Origin: Bifidobacteriaceae bacterium
Lineage (GTDB): Bacteria; Actinomycetota; Actinomycetes; Actinomycetales; WQXJ01
DNA: 64,000 bases
Direction: 5' to 3'
Assembly (NCBI GenBank): GCA_031267825.1
Contig: JAIRYJ010000015.1
Coordinates: 9,487-73,486, forward strand
The translations under genes were made by a program, and so were the position numbers. The notes beneath the pieces were generated by a model, which was not told the origin of the DNA, searched no databases, and saw nothing but the letters and a program-made list of their open reading frames with translations. Positions 26,865 to 35,466 of this stretch are shown piece after piece. Each line of letters starts with the position of its first letter. Position 1 is the stretch's first letter.

Positions 26865-29288
26865 GTGAATAAGCTGATCGGCGCGCTGCGCGACGATTTG
26901 GAGCGGGCGCACCGGATCACACATATCGAGGTCACTCCAGCCCGGGTCGGCAGGCATCAAGCCTGGCCCGATTGGGTGCCGGATTGGATCCGGGATGGCT
27001 ATGGTGTCTTGGGCGTGACCTCGCCTTGGGCTCATCAAGTTGAAGCCATGGAGGCGGCCCGCCAAGGGCACACCGTAATCGCCACAGCGACCGGCTCAGG
27101 TAAGTCCTTGGCACTTTGGACCCCGCTCTTGACCGCTTTGAGCGAACCGTTGGCTTTGGGGCGGATCAGCGCCATCCGGACCCGGCCTTCAGCCCTCTAT
27201 TTGGCGCCCTCGAAAGCTCTGGCGGCTGATCAGATGAACGGCCTGCAAGCCCTTTTCAAGGCTGCTCAGCTTGACGGCATCTACGCCGCGACCTGCGACG
27301 GTGATACTCCGGCCGCCAGCCGCGGCTTCATCCAGTCACATGTTGATCTACTGGCAAGCAACCCGGACTTCTTGCATTTTTCGCTTCTACCTGGACACGC
27401 CAAATGGTCTGGCTACTTGCGCGGTTTGCGTTATGTCGTGGTCGATGAGCTGCATGCTTACCGTGGCGTGATGGGGGCGCACGTCGCCTGGGTGATGCGC
27501 CGCCTGCGACGTGTGGCGCGGCACTATGGCGCCGATCCGGTTTTCTTGGCGGCCTCGGCCACGGTCAGCCAACCGGCCGTTAGCTTGGCCCGTTTGATTG
27601 GCGCTGAGCCTGACACTGTCCGTCAGGTTTGCCACGACAGTGCGGCCCACGGTGAACACAGCCTCGTGTTGTGGCGCCCGGCAGCGGTCGACCGGTCGGC
27701 TTCGGTCCCAAACGGCTTGGCCCCCAAGGACGATGCCGCCCAGCGACTTCCGCACAGCGGCGACTTGGGTGCACCAGTTGACCGGACGGCTTCGGGTGGG
27801 CCTGACAATGCCCCCGGTGGGGCAATTCGCCGCTCAGCCTCTTTAGAGGCGGCTCGGCTGTTGGCCGATTTAGCTGAAATTGGTGCCCGCTCCGTTACCT
27901 TTGTCCGTTCGCGCTATTCGGCTGAAGCTGTGGCTGATCAAGCCCGTGACCTGCTTGGCGCCGCTGTCAAGTCACGGGTGGCGACTTACCGGGGCGGCTA
28001 CCTGCCAGAGGAACGCCGCGAACTTGAACGGCGTCTACGTAACGGGTCGCTGCTGGCTGTGGTGTCGACATCGGCCCTGGAACTCGGCATCGACCTGCCA
28101 AACCTGGATGCTGTACTGATCGCGGGCTGGCCTGGCACGCTGATCGCGCTGCGGCAACAGGCCGGACGGGCGGGCCGAGCCGCCGGGGATGGTTTAGCTG
28201 TTTGGATCGCTGGCAACGACCCGCTAGACACCTACATCGCGGCCCACCCGGAGACCGTGGTGGACGCACCTCTTGAGGCGACGGTTTTTGATCCTTCCAA
28301 TCCTTACGTCATGGCACCGCATCTGGCCGCCGCCACCGCCGAATTACCGCTATCTGATGATGAAGCCACACGGCTCGGCCCGGACGTACTGGATGTGCTT
28401 GAATCGCTGGCTGAAAGTGGCGCGCTGCGCCGCCGTAGCGGACGCTGGTTCTGGGTCTTACCGGAACGGGCGACCGATCTGACCGATCTGCGGGGATCGG
28501 GTGGGACTCTAATCCAGCTAGCCGAACAGTCCACCGGCCGAATCTTGGGCACAGTTGATTCTGGCCGGGCACCGGCTGTGGCCCACCCCGGCGCGGTCTA
28601 CCTGCATCAGGGCGAGTCTTTTCTGGTCACCGGGCTTGACTTGAAAGGTGGTCTGGCCTTGCTTGAGGCCGCCGAACCGCATTACCGCACAATGCCGCTA
28701 TCCCAAACGCGAGTCGCTGTCATCGCTGAGTCCGCCAAGCAGGAGACAGCTGGGCCGGTCTGGCACTTTGGGACAGTCGATGTGACCAGCCAGGTAGTGG
28801 GGTACATGAGGCTGCGTCTGCCCGGCTTGGAACGGATCGGTTCTGTCCCGCTGGATTTACCCGAATCGACCCTGCGTACGGCCGCGACTTGGGTGACCGT
28901 GCCTCAGGCGACTCTCAGCCAAGCCGGGTTGACGACGGAGGAAGTTCCTGGCGCCCTGCACGCCGCCGAGCATGCCGCCATCGGATTGCTGCCGTTGCTG
29001 GCCACCTGCGACCGTTGGGACTTGGGCGGTCTGTCAACCGCCATCCACCAGGACACCGGCCAAGCCACGATCTTCATTCATGACGCGGTCCCGGGTGGTG
29101 CTGGATTCGCTGAACGTGGCTTTCAGATGCGGGCCAACCTGTTCAAAGCGGTCCGTGAACTGCTGCTGGCTTGTCCTTGTGAAGCTGGTTGCCCTTCTTG
29201 TATCCAGTCCCCGAAGTGCGGTAACGCTAATCAGGTGCTGTCCAAGGCTGGCGCCTTGGCGCTGGTCACAGCACTGGTCGCGGCATGA
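26865..29288 (+). CDS. DEAD/DEAH-box helicase with C-terminal MrfA/DUF1998 zinc module (SftH / Rv3649-like)
   Basis: Walker A ATGSGKSL, DExH box VVVDELH and the C-terminal motif CPCEAGCPSCIQSPKCGN. Confidence 0.88.
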   Translation: MNKLIGALRDDLERAHRITHIEVTPARVGRHQAWPDWVPDWIRDGYGVLGVTSPWAHQVEAMEAARQGHTVIATATGSGKSLALWTPLLTALSEPLALGRISAIRTRPSALYLAPSKALAADQMNGLQALFKAAQLDGIYAATCDGDTPAASRGFIQSHVDLLASNPDFLHFSLLPGHAKWSGYLRGLRYVVVDELHAYRGVMGAHVAWVMRRLRRVARHYGADPVFLAASATVSQPAVSLARLIGAEPDTVRQVCHDSAAHGEHSLVLWRPAAVDRSASVPNGLAPKDDAAQRLPHSGDLGAPVDRTASGGPDNAPGGAIRRSASLEAARLLADLAEIGARSVTFVRSRYSAEAVADQARDLLGAAVKSRVATYRGGYLPEERRELERRLRNGSLLAVVSTSALELGIDLPNLDAVLIAGWPGTLIALRQQAGRAGRAAGDGLAVWIAGNDPLDTYIAAHPETVVDAPLEATVFDPSNPYVMAPHLAAATAELPLSDDEATRLGPDVLDVLESLAESGALRRRSGRWFWVLPERATDLTDLRGSGGTLIQLAEQSTGRILGTVDSGRAPAVAHPGAVYLHQGESFLVTGLDLKGGLALLEAAEPHYRTMPLSQTRVAVIAESAKQETAGPVWHFGTVDVTSQVVGYMRLRLPGLERIGSVPLDLPESTLRTAATWVTVPQATLSQAGLTTEEVPGALHAAEHAAIGLLPLLATCDRWDLGGLSTAIHQDTGQATIFIHDAVPGGAGFAERGFQMRANLFKAVRELLLACPCEAGCPSCIQSPKCGNANQVLSKAGALALVTALVAA

Positions 29289-29354
29289 CACGGCAGGTCG
29301 CGAACGGCAAGCGGCAGCTATAGCCAGATGTCTTGGCGCTCTACTGGCAGGCCG

Positions 29355-29732
29355 TCAAGGCGGACCAGCCAAAGCTGTCGCCACCGCCCGGCGAGTCCCG
29401 ACCGGTCCCAAACGCGCCACAACCGCGCTACTAACGCGCACCGAATCTGACCCCTCCAACTGGCAGGCCGTCAGTTCCGCTGCCATTGCCGCTGCCACCT
29501 GCCCGGCCGCTTCACAAGCCTGGTTCAGATCTTGCCCGTCGATCAACCCCTGAGCGGCCGCCAAGGCCGCCAGATCGGCCGCACTGGCCGCTTGATAACT
29601 GGCCGTCACCGACTGGCTCACCATTGCCAACGCCGCCAGCAGGCTGGCCAGAACCGCAACCAAAGCGATCACCAAAACTGTTCCCGATCCGCCATCGCGG
29701 TCCGTCTTAGCTGAGGCTGTTTCAAGGACCAT
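29355..29732 (-). CDS. Rv3654c-family TadE-like pilus assembly protein
   Basis: The start was moved to ATG 29732 (MVLETASAK..), an 11-nt overlap with the upstream gene. It contains GGSGTVLVIALVAVLASLLAALAMV followed by an Ala-rich region. It is the last gene of the Tad-like operon. Confidence 0.6.
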   Translation of the reverse strand: MVLETASAKTDRDGGSGTVLVIALVAVLASLLAALAMVSQSVTASYQAASAADLAALAAAQGLIDGQDLNQACEAAGQVAAAMAAELTACQLEGSDSVRVSSAVVARLGPVGTRRAVATALAGPP

Positions 29733-30084
29733 AACCACAGGCCCGCTCAGGTTCGCAGATCGCCGCCGCTTGGGAGCTAACCTGTCGTGTACCGGCCAGC
29801 GGGATCCAGACGGCGGTTTGGCAGCGTACCCAAACCAGGCCACCGGACCGTTCAAGGCTGACTGTGACTGGCCTGCCAGCCGCGGCCTCGGCGGCCGCGG
29901 TGACTTCAGCATCAGGTTGGCCAAGGGCGGCCGCCCGGGCGCCAGCCCGGGCCGCATCCGCCAGTTGGAGCTGGCCGACCGCCGCCGAACTAAGGGCCAC
30001 TAGCAGCGCGATCAAGCCGAGCACGGCTGGTAAGGCCATCGCTAGTTCGACTGTCACCGATCCTCGGTCCGGCGGTTGATCCAT
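29722..30084 (-). CDS. TadE-like protein (Rv3655c-like)
   Basis: The N-terminus DRGSVTVELAMALPAVLGLIALLV is typical of TadE/pseudopilin-like proteins. Its position in the Tad locus supports the call. Confidence 0.65.
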   Translation of the reverse strand: MDQPPDRGSVTVELAMALPAVLGLIALLVALSSAAVGQLQLADAARAGARAAALGQPDAEVTAAAEAAAGRPVTVSLERSGGLVWVRCQTAVWIPLAGTRQVSSQAAAICEPERACGYGP

Positions 30085-30320
30085 CAGTTGAGCGCCCTCT
30101 GCACAATGTCCAGCAGCCAGCCGCGCACAGCATCTGACTGCAGTATCGCCAGCAGCAAGCCGGCGAAGCCGGCCGCGGTCAGAATGGCTATGGCGTATTC
30201 GGCGGTAATACCACCAGCCTCGCGGTAGTCCGGTATGTCCGCCTGTGGCCGGCGGCCGACGGCTTCGATTTGGGCCAGCCGCTCCTTAAGAGAACCGGCC
30301 AGAGTTGTAACTGTTCGCAT
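30084..30320 (-). CDS. DUF4244-type Flp-like small membrane protein (Rv3656c-like)
   Basis: GGITAEYAIAILTAAGFAGLLLAIL is a hallmark of the actinobacterial Flp-like/DUF4244 family. The ATG at 30320 is preferred over the longer track ORF. Confidence 0.65.
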   Translation of the reverse strand: MRTVTTLAGSLKERLAQIEAVGRRPQADIPDYREAGGITAEYAIAILTAAGFAGLLLAILQSDAVRGWLLDIVQRALN

Positions 30321-30584
30321 TGCTGCACCTTTCTGTGGGCTGATTAGCGGGATCCCAGCTTGTTCCAATCAGCCTTCCGGCAGCCGCCAGAAACAAAAGG
30401 GCTGTGGGCGCTGCCCACCTGACAGCCCAAGAACGGCTTGGAAGAAGGGCGCTGCCCAGGCCGAGCCCGGCGGACAGAGCTAGTAGGCCTGGTTGACAAC
30501 GCTCAACTGGCGCTGCCCAGGCCGAGCCCTGCGGACAGCGTTAACCATTGCGACGGCCGCGCCACCATCAGGCGTGGCTCCGCC

Positions 30585-31904
30585 TCACATCACCTGAACC
30601 AGACTTCCAGCCAAAGACAACATGATTGGCACCAAACCCAAGGCGACGAAGGCGGGCAGGTAACAAAGGCCAAGCGGAGCCATCAGATAGACGCCAAGGC
30701 GGGCCGCGGCTTGTGACAAGCGGCGCCGCTCAGCCCGGCCAAACCTGGCGGCGACAGCTTCTAACAGCGGGCCAGCTTCGACTCCGGCGCTCCAAACTAG
30801 CCACAAAGTGGACCGCAACGCCTCAATGACGGCCTCCTGACCGCTTCTAGGTGGGTGTTGGATAACACCCACCGGCCGTGTTGACGCAGTGTGAGCGGAG
30901 CTCTCACCAGCGGAAACGCGGCGAAAAGGCGCTGGGGGACCGCCTAGGAGACTGTTGTCGGACAGTCTCCTAGGTGGGTGTTGGATAACACCCTTCGCGG
31001 CCCAAGTTGACGCAGTGTGAGCGGAGCTCTCACCAGCGGAAACGCGGCGATAAGGCGCTGGGGGACCGCCTAGGAGACTGTTGTCCGACAGTCTCCTAGG
31101 CGGGTTCTGGTCCGCCCGGCCGGTCACAGTGTGATCCGGCCAGCCTTCATCCCAGACCTGGTCCCAAGGTTGGCCTCGCGTCAAACCAGCTCCAACCGCC
31201 GCTAGACGCCCACCAATCCACCCACCCCAAGCTTGTCCGGTTCGCAGCAAAGCGTCCGGCAAAGCCAAGCCCGCTCGTAAGGCCGCCGCCAGGACAGCCG
31301 CCACCAGCGCGGCCGTACCAGCCGGACGGCTGGCGGACCGCACCAGGGCCGAACTCCAGACCTGGCCTAACAGCATCAGTCCAACCCCTACCCCCAGTGC
31401 GATGCTTCCAAGACCACCTCCCAGCAGTATCGGGACAGGCTGGGCACCCATCGCCGTACCTAGAAGCAGGCCCAGTAGCGGCAGGAAGCGCAGCAGGCGG
31501 GCACTGGACTTAGGCCCGGCTATGGCCGCTTCCCGGGCGTCATCGGTCTCTTGAGCCTGATCAACCGCTTTGACCACGGCGTCAAGCAGGTCAGCCGTTG
31601 AGGCTCCAACGGATTGGGCGATGCGCTGAATCGCGGCGACCGCCGCGGCATGCGGCCCGGTCGGCGTATCTTTCAGGCTCGCGGCCCAGGTGTCCAAGTC
31701 ATAACCCGTCTGGCCAAGCAGCGGCCGCCAAACTTCAGGTCCGCTCAGGCCCGCCCGGGCCAACGCTGTCACCTGAGACAGGGCCTCCGATAAGGCGTCA
31801 AGATCAGATTCGGGGTGACGGTCAGCGGCGGGCCCACGCCGTGGCCGACGGGTTTTGGGGTTTATCCAGCTAGATGGCGGCCCGGCCGGGCCTGGGCTCA
31901 ACAC
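30585..31904 (-). CDS. Type II secretion system F family protein, fused TadB/TadC-like, carrying an in-frame repeat-element insertion
   Basis: A 439-aa ORF with TM-rich TadB-like and TadC-like halves. It lies between the TadA ATPase and the Flp-like gene, where Rv3657c/Rv3658c sit in M. tuberculosis. Codons encoded by 30848-31100 derive from the dispersed repeat. Confidence 0.7.
   Translation of the reverse strand: MLSPGPAGPPSSWINPKTRRPRRGPAADRHPESDLDALSEALSQVTALARAGLSGPEVWRPLLGQTGYDLDTWAASLKDTPTGPHAAAVAAIQRIAQSVGASTADLLDAVVKAVDQAQETDDAREAAIAGPKSSARLLRFLPLLGLLLGTAMGAQPVPILLGGGLGSIALGVGVGLMLLGQVWSSALVRSASRPAGTAALVAAVLAAALRAGLALPDALLRTGQAWGGWIGGRLAAVGAGLTRGQPWDQVWDEGWPDHTVTGRADQNPPRRLSDNSLLGGPPAPYRRVSAGESSAHTASTWAAKGVIQHPPRRLSDNSLLGGPPAPFRRVSAGESSAHTASTRPVGVIQHPPRSGQEAVIEALRSTLWLVWSAGVEAGPLLEAVAARFGRAERRRLSQAAARLGVYLMAPLGLCYLPAFVALGLVPIMLSLAGSLVQVM
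30848..31100. repeat. Two tandem units (123 + 126 nt) of the dispersed modular palindromic element, located inside a CDS
   Basis: The element-boundary TAGG recurs at 30848, 30971 and 31097. The unit contains taggtgggtgttggataacaccc (A), ttgacgcagtgtgagcggagctctcaccagcggaaacgcgg (B) and cctaggagactgttgtcggacagtctcctagg (C). Confidence 0.9.
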
Positions 31905-32947
31905 CGGGCGAGCCTGTGGTTGAACAACTCCCAGCCTGGCCCGCGGCGAGCTTCACCAGCCCTGAAGTTGACCGCTGGTGTGGCGACCAGTTCACTGCCA
32001 GAAAGTCCCAGAATCGCGATCGACTGGACTATCCGCTGACCGCCTGGCTGGCGTACCAAGTGCACCACACCGGACAAGGCCGCGGCGGCTTGGACCGCCA
32101 CTGTCCTTGAACCCATGTCAGCTAACGAGCCGAGAGCGGTCAGGCGGGCCGGTACATCATGGCAGGAATTGGCGTGAATCGTAGCGGCTGAGCCGTCATG
32201 GCCAGTGTTCAGCGCTGTCAGAACCTCCCGCACCTCCGGACCACGGCACTCACCTAAAACAATCCGGTCGGGCCGCATACGTAACGACTCACGCACCAGA
32301 TCAGTCAACCCAACCAGGCCACGTCCCTCAGCGTTGGCGCCACGCGCCTCAAGGCGGACACAGTGTGGATGTGACGTGATGATTTCCTGGGCTTCTTCAA
32401 TCACCACCAGCCGTTCTGAGGCGGGCACTTCAGAAACCAAGGCGGAAAGCAGAGTTGTTTTGCCAACCCCAGTGCCGCCTGAGATCAGGAAATTAGCCCG
32501 CGCGGCCACCAACGCCCGTAACAGTTCCACCCCGGGTTGACCAACCATGCCGCTGGTCTCCAAGTCTCTCAACGACATACCCTCACGCCGGAAAACCCGG
32601 AAAGATATCAGCGGCCCGGCCGGTGCCACCGGTGGCACAACCGCGTGCATCCGCACCCCACCTGGCAGGCGGGCATCGACCGTTGGTGAAGCGTCATCCA
32701 ACCGCCGTCCCGCCTGAGCCGCCAGACGCTGCGCTAAAGCCCGGATGGCGGCCGCATCACCAAGATGTAAAGCGAGGCGCCGCATACCGCCAGCGCCGTC
32801 AACCCAGACCGCATCAGGGCCGTTGACCAGCACATCTGTTACACCAGGATCCGTTAGTAAAGCGTTCAACGCCGCCGGGGCGGCCAATCCGCTCACCACT
32901 CCTCCGCGAAAGCCGCCGGATTGAAGCCAGGCGCTGGCGCCCGCCAA
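31898..32947 (-). CDS. tadA: TadA/CpaF-family secretion ATPase (Rv3659c-like)
   Basis: Walker A GGTGVGKTT, Walker B-like VVIEEAQE and the His-box region GHDGSAATIHAN. Confidence 0.88.
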   Translation of the reverse strand: MAGASAWLQSGGFRGGVVSGLAAPAALNALLTDPGVTDVLVNGPDAVWVDGAGGMRRLALHLGDAAAIRALAQRLAAQAGRRLDDASPTVDARLPGGVRMHAVVPPVAPAGPLISFRVFRREGMSLRDLETSGMVGQPGVELLRALVAARANFLISGGTGVGKTTLLSALVSEVPASERLVVIEEAQEIITSHPHCVRLEARGANAEGRGLVGLTDLVRESLRMRPDRIVLGECRGPEVREVLTALNTGHDGSAATIHANSCHDVPARLTALGSLADMGSRTVAVQAAAALSGVVHLVRQPGGQRIVQSIAILGLSGSELVATPAVNFRAGEARRGPGWELFNHRLARC

Positions 32948-34068
32948 CGCGGCCGTGTTGGCCGGCGCCAGCCGTTCGAGTGCCGTCTGGTCGGTTCACC
33001 AACCGGCCAGGCCGGATCGGCCGCGACCGGCGCTTCCTCGGATGGTTTCCCAGTCGGCCGGTCAAGCAGGCCGACCAAGGTTCCAGCTGCCGCCGCCAAG
33101 GGGCCCGCAGGCCGGTCACCAGGGCTCAGCCCGTGCGTTAAACCAGCCACTAGCTGGCGTTCCGCACCAATCCGAACCACGTCATAACGGTCCAACATCT
33201 GGCCAACCTGCCAGGCGCGCAACCCGCCGCGAACCTCCCTAACCGCCATGTGGCATGGCACTCCAAGCGGTCTCAACTCATCTAGCAGAGCCTCCGCGGC
33301 GGCTAAACCGGCCGGCTCACCGCGTAACACGATCACTACCGCTTCAGCCCACGAAGCGATCCGCCAACCGCCGAGCGGTGCCGTGTTGGCGGCATCGAAC
33401 ACTGTGTAGCGGGCCGGGCTCTGCTCCTCCCAAGCCTCGATCGTCTGGCGGACCTGCCACGGCGTGACGCCCTCTTCTGGACCGGCTGGGCTCAGCACCT
33501 CAATCCCGGCGACCTGTTTGATCGCCAGCGGGCTTTCAGTTGAGGCCGCGGCCGCCGCCCAGCTTGAACCACCAGCCAAACCAAGCAAAGCCCCAACTGG
33601 GGCGCCGGCCTGATTCAGGGCAGCCAACCGGGCCCCACCTGAGCGTGCCATCCGCCGTGCCAGCGCGACGGCCAGGCAACTTGTTCCAGCGCCACCATGC
33701 GCCCCGATCAACGCCACCCGGCGGCAGCGGCGCGGCGGTGCCTCAATCGCCTCAACTTGGGCCGTCAAGTCACGCCAGGCGCCCGGCAGCACAATTCCTC
33801 CGCCGGCGGCGGCGGTTCCAGCTTCACCAACAGCCACCTCAGTCACCCGGCAGGACGGCCAAACGCCGTGCACCGCCAACGGCACTTCACGGCCAACGTC
33901 ATGTCCACAAACCAGCATCCTGGGTGTGATTTGGAGAGCATCAAGCTGTTCTGGCCCGTTGATGTGCTGGACGCTGGCTCCGGCCTGCCAAATTGACCAT
34001 TTGGCCAACGCGGCCAGATCTGGATCTTTGGTCACTAGGACAACTGGCAGCTGATTCGGCACCGTCAC
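32893..34068 (-). CDS. TadZ/CpaE-like, septum site-determining (Ssd, Rv3660c-like) protein
   Basis: It has a degenerate deviant Walker A (GAHGGAGTS) in a ParA/MinD-like fold. It lies upstream of tadA as in the M. tuberculosis locus. Confidence 0.65.
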   Translation of the reverse strand: MTVPNQLPVVLVTKDPDLAALAKWSIWQAGASVQHINGPEQLDALQITPRMLVCGHDVGREVPLAVHGVWPSCRVTEVAVGEAGTAAAGGGIVLPGAWRDLTAQVEAIEAPPRRCRRVALIGAHGGAGTSCLAVALARRMARSGGARLAALNQAGAPVGALLGLAGGSSWAAAAASTESPLAIKQVAGIEVLSPAGPEEGVTPWQVRQTIEAWEEQSPARYTVFDAANTAPLGGWRIASWAEAVVIVLRGEPAGLAAAEALLDELRPLGVPCHMAVREVRGGLRAWQVGQMLDRYDVVRIGAERQLVAGLTHGLSPGDRPAGPLAAAAGTLVGLLDRPTGKPSEEAPVAADPAWPVGEPTRRHSNGWRRPTRPRWRAPAPGFNPAAFAEEW

Positions 34069-34157
34069 AGCATGACTCCAGCGGGCCGCCTAACGGTGAC
34101 GCGGAAGCGCCGGGCTGTGGATGGCGGTCGATCTTCACATCTGCGAAGATCTTGACG

Positions 34158-34979
34158 ATGACAAGTCAACCTTCCGCCGCCAACCGGGCGGCCGCCTTCT
34201 TTGATCTTGATAAGACACTGATAGCCCGCAGTTCAACTCTTGCCCTGGTATCAACCCTGGTAGCGGAAGGAATGCTGCGTCGGCGCAGTGTTTTGCGGTC
34301 AGCCTACGCCCAGGCGGCCTATCAACTAGGCCCAGCCGGGCAATCCCAATCTGAGCGGCTGCGCGTCATCCTGGGCCGGATCATCAGCGGATGGGATGCC
34401 TCAAGGGTCGCATCGCTAGCGCGTGACCGGATAGCGGCCAAGGTCGCGCCACAAGTCTTCACCGAAGCGCTCGAGTTGATTGGGCGCCACCGGGCGGCCG
34501 GGCGGGACATTGTGATCGTTTCAGCCTCCAGCCGTGAACTGGTTGAACCCATCGCCAGTCTGCTCAACGCCGACCACACCTTGGCTACCACGATGGAAGT
34601 AGTTGACGGTCACTTCACTGGCCAGGCTGACTTCTTCAACTATGGCCCGGCCAAGGTCTCGGCGATTCAAGCCCTAGCCGAAGTCGAAGGCTATGACTTG
34701 ACGCAAAGCTACGCCTACTCCGATTCGGTGACCGACCTGCCGATGCTTGAAGCGGTTGGCCACGCCGCGGTGGTTAATCCATCACCTGGCCTGAAGCGAC
34801 TAGCCGTGGAGCGGGACTGGGAAGTTATCCACTTTGACACCCCGGCCGCCGTCAAGACCGAAAACCGGCGCCTGGCCTGGCTGGCGGTTGGCCTGACCGT
34901 GGTTCCGGCGGTAATTATCACGGCAGCCGTCTGGCTGACCCGTCGGACCGTTATCCACAAACAGGACAAACGGCCTTGA
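34158..34979 (+). CDS. HAD-IB family hydrolase (SerB-like, Rv3661-like) with C-terminal TM segment
   Basis: The start was moved to ATG 34158 (MTSQPSAANRAAAFFDLDKTLI, where DxD is HAD motif I). It also has SASSRELVEP and YSDSVTDLPML. Confidence 0.8.
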   Translation: MTSQPSAANRAAAFFDLDKTLIARSSTLALVSTLVAEGMLRRRSVLRSAYAQAAYQLGPAGQSQSERLRVILGRIISGWDASRVASLARDRIAAKVAPQVFTEALELIGRHRAAGRDIVIVSASSRELVEPIASLLNADHTLATTMEVVDGHFTGQADFFNYGPAKVSAIQALAEVEGYDLTQSYAYSDSVTDLPMLEAVGHAAVVNPSPGLKRLAVERDWEVIHFDTPAAVKTENRRLAWLAVGLTVVPAVIITAAVWLTRRTVIHKQDKRP

Positions 34980-35064
34980 AATGATTCACTAGAAATGCTT
35001 GGATTGGGTTTGTCTGGGCTTCTTTTGGAAGCTATTTCATCCCATCTATTCTCAGCGTTTTGGC

Positions 35065-35094
35065 TTGCCAGGCCTAGGATCTGAGTGCTATAAA
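35065..35094 (+). promoter_or_regulatory. Sigma-70-like promoter TTGCCA-18nt-TATAAA
   Basis: The hexamers lie at 35065-35070 and 35089-35094 in an unusually AT-rich stretch. There is no CDS immediately downstream. Confidence 0.4.
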
Positions 35095-35100
35095 TGAGTC

Positions 35101-35251
35101 ACTAGACAACGGGCGGACAGGAACCCACGCACGTATTAACCTACGTTAAGGGCATGTCGGCGGAATGACCGTTCCGGCAATTGGATTGCGCGATTGATAA
35201 CCTGGTCGCCCGTTGTTTATATTTACCCTCAATGTAATTGAGGGTATTTTT
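35101..35251 (+). ncRNA. Candidate small RNA (positional counterpart of mycobacterial Ms1/MTS2823?)
   Basis: It starts just after the promoter above. 35106-35115 ACAACGGGCG pairs with 35207-35216 CGCCCGTTGT. Internal hairpins lie at 35131-35146 and about 35161-35176. It ends in the hairpin plus T-tract at 35226-35251. It lies downstream of the Rv3661-like gene. The boundaries are uncertain. Confidence 0.35.
35226..35251 (+). terminator. Intrinsic terminator-like hairpin CCCTCAAT-gta-ATTGAGGG followed by TATTTTT
   Basis: The stem is a perfect 8 bp and the T-run is on the plus strand only. It lies about 250 nt after the HAD gene stop, so it more likely ends a separate short transcript. Confidence 0.5.
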
Positions 35252-35466
35252 CGTTAACGCTTTTGCCGCCCAGCCGTCGAACCACCGTTGCGGCCAGCCC
35301 AGCTTCCGGCGGAGACTTGCCTGGAAGGTTGCCGCAAGAGAGGATCTCGTCAGGCAAACTGTTACCGTGGTGAAGAACCACGGTCCCAACAGGGTTCCTG
35401 TGGGTAGCCTCCTAATGGGATTAGGGGCTCCGCGGGCCTGGGGCACCATCAGCATCAGGGGACATA

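Noticed and set aside
31121-31140. CCGGTCACAGTGTGATCCGG, containing TCACA-G-TGTGA next to the repeat insertion, was considered as a Crp-like site.
   Set aside because: The half-sites are in the inverted order and at the wrong spacing relative to TGTGA-N6-TCACA, and the sequence lies inside a coding region.
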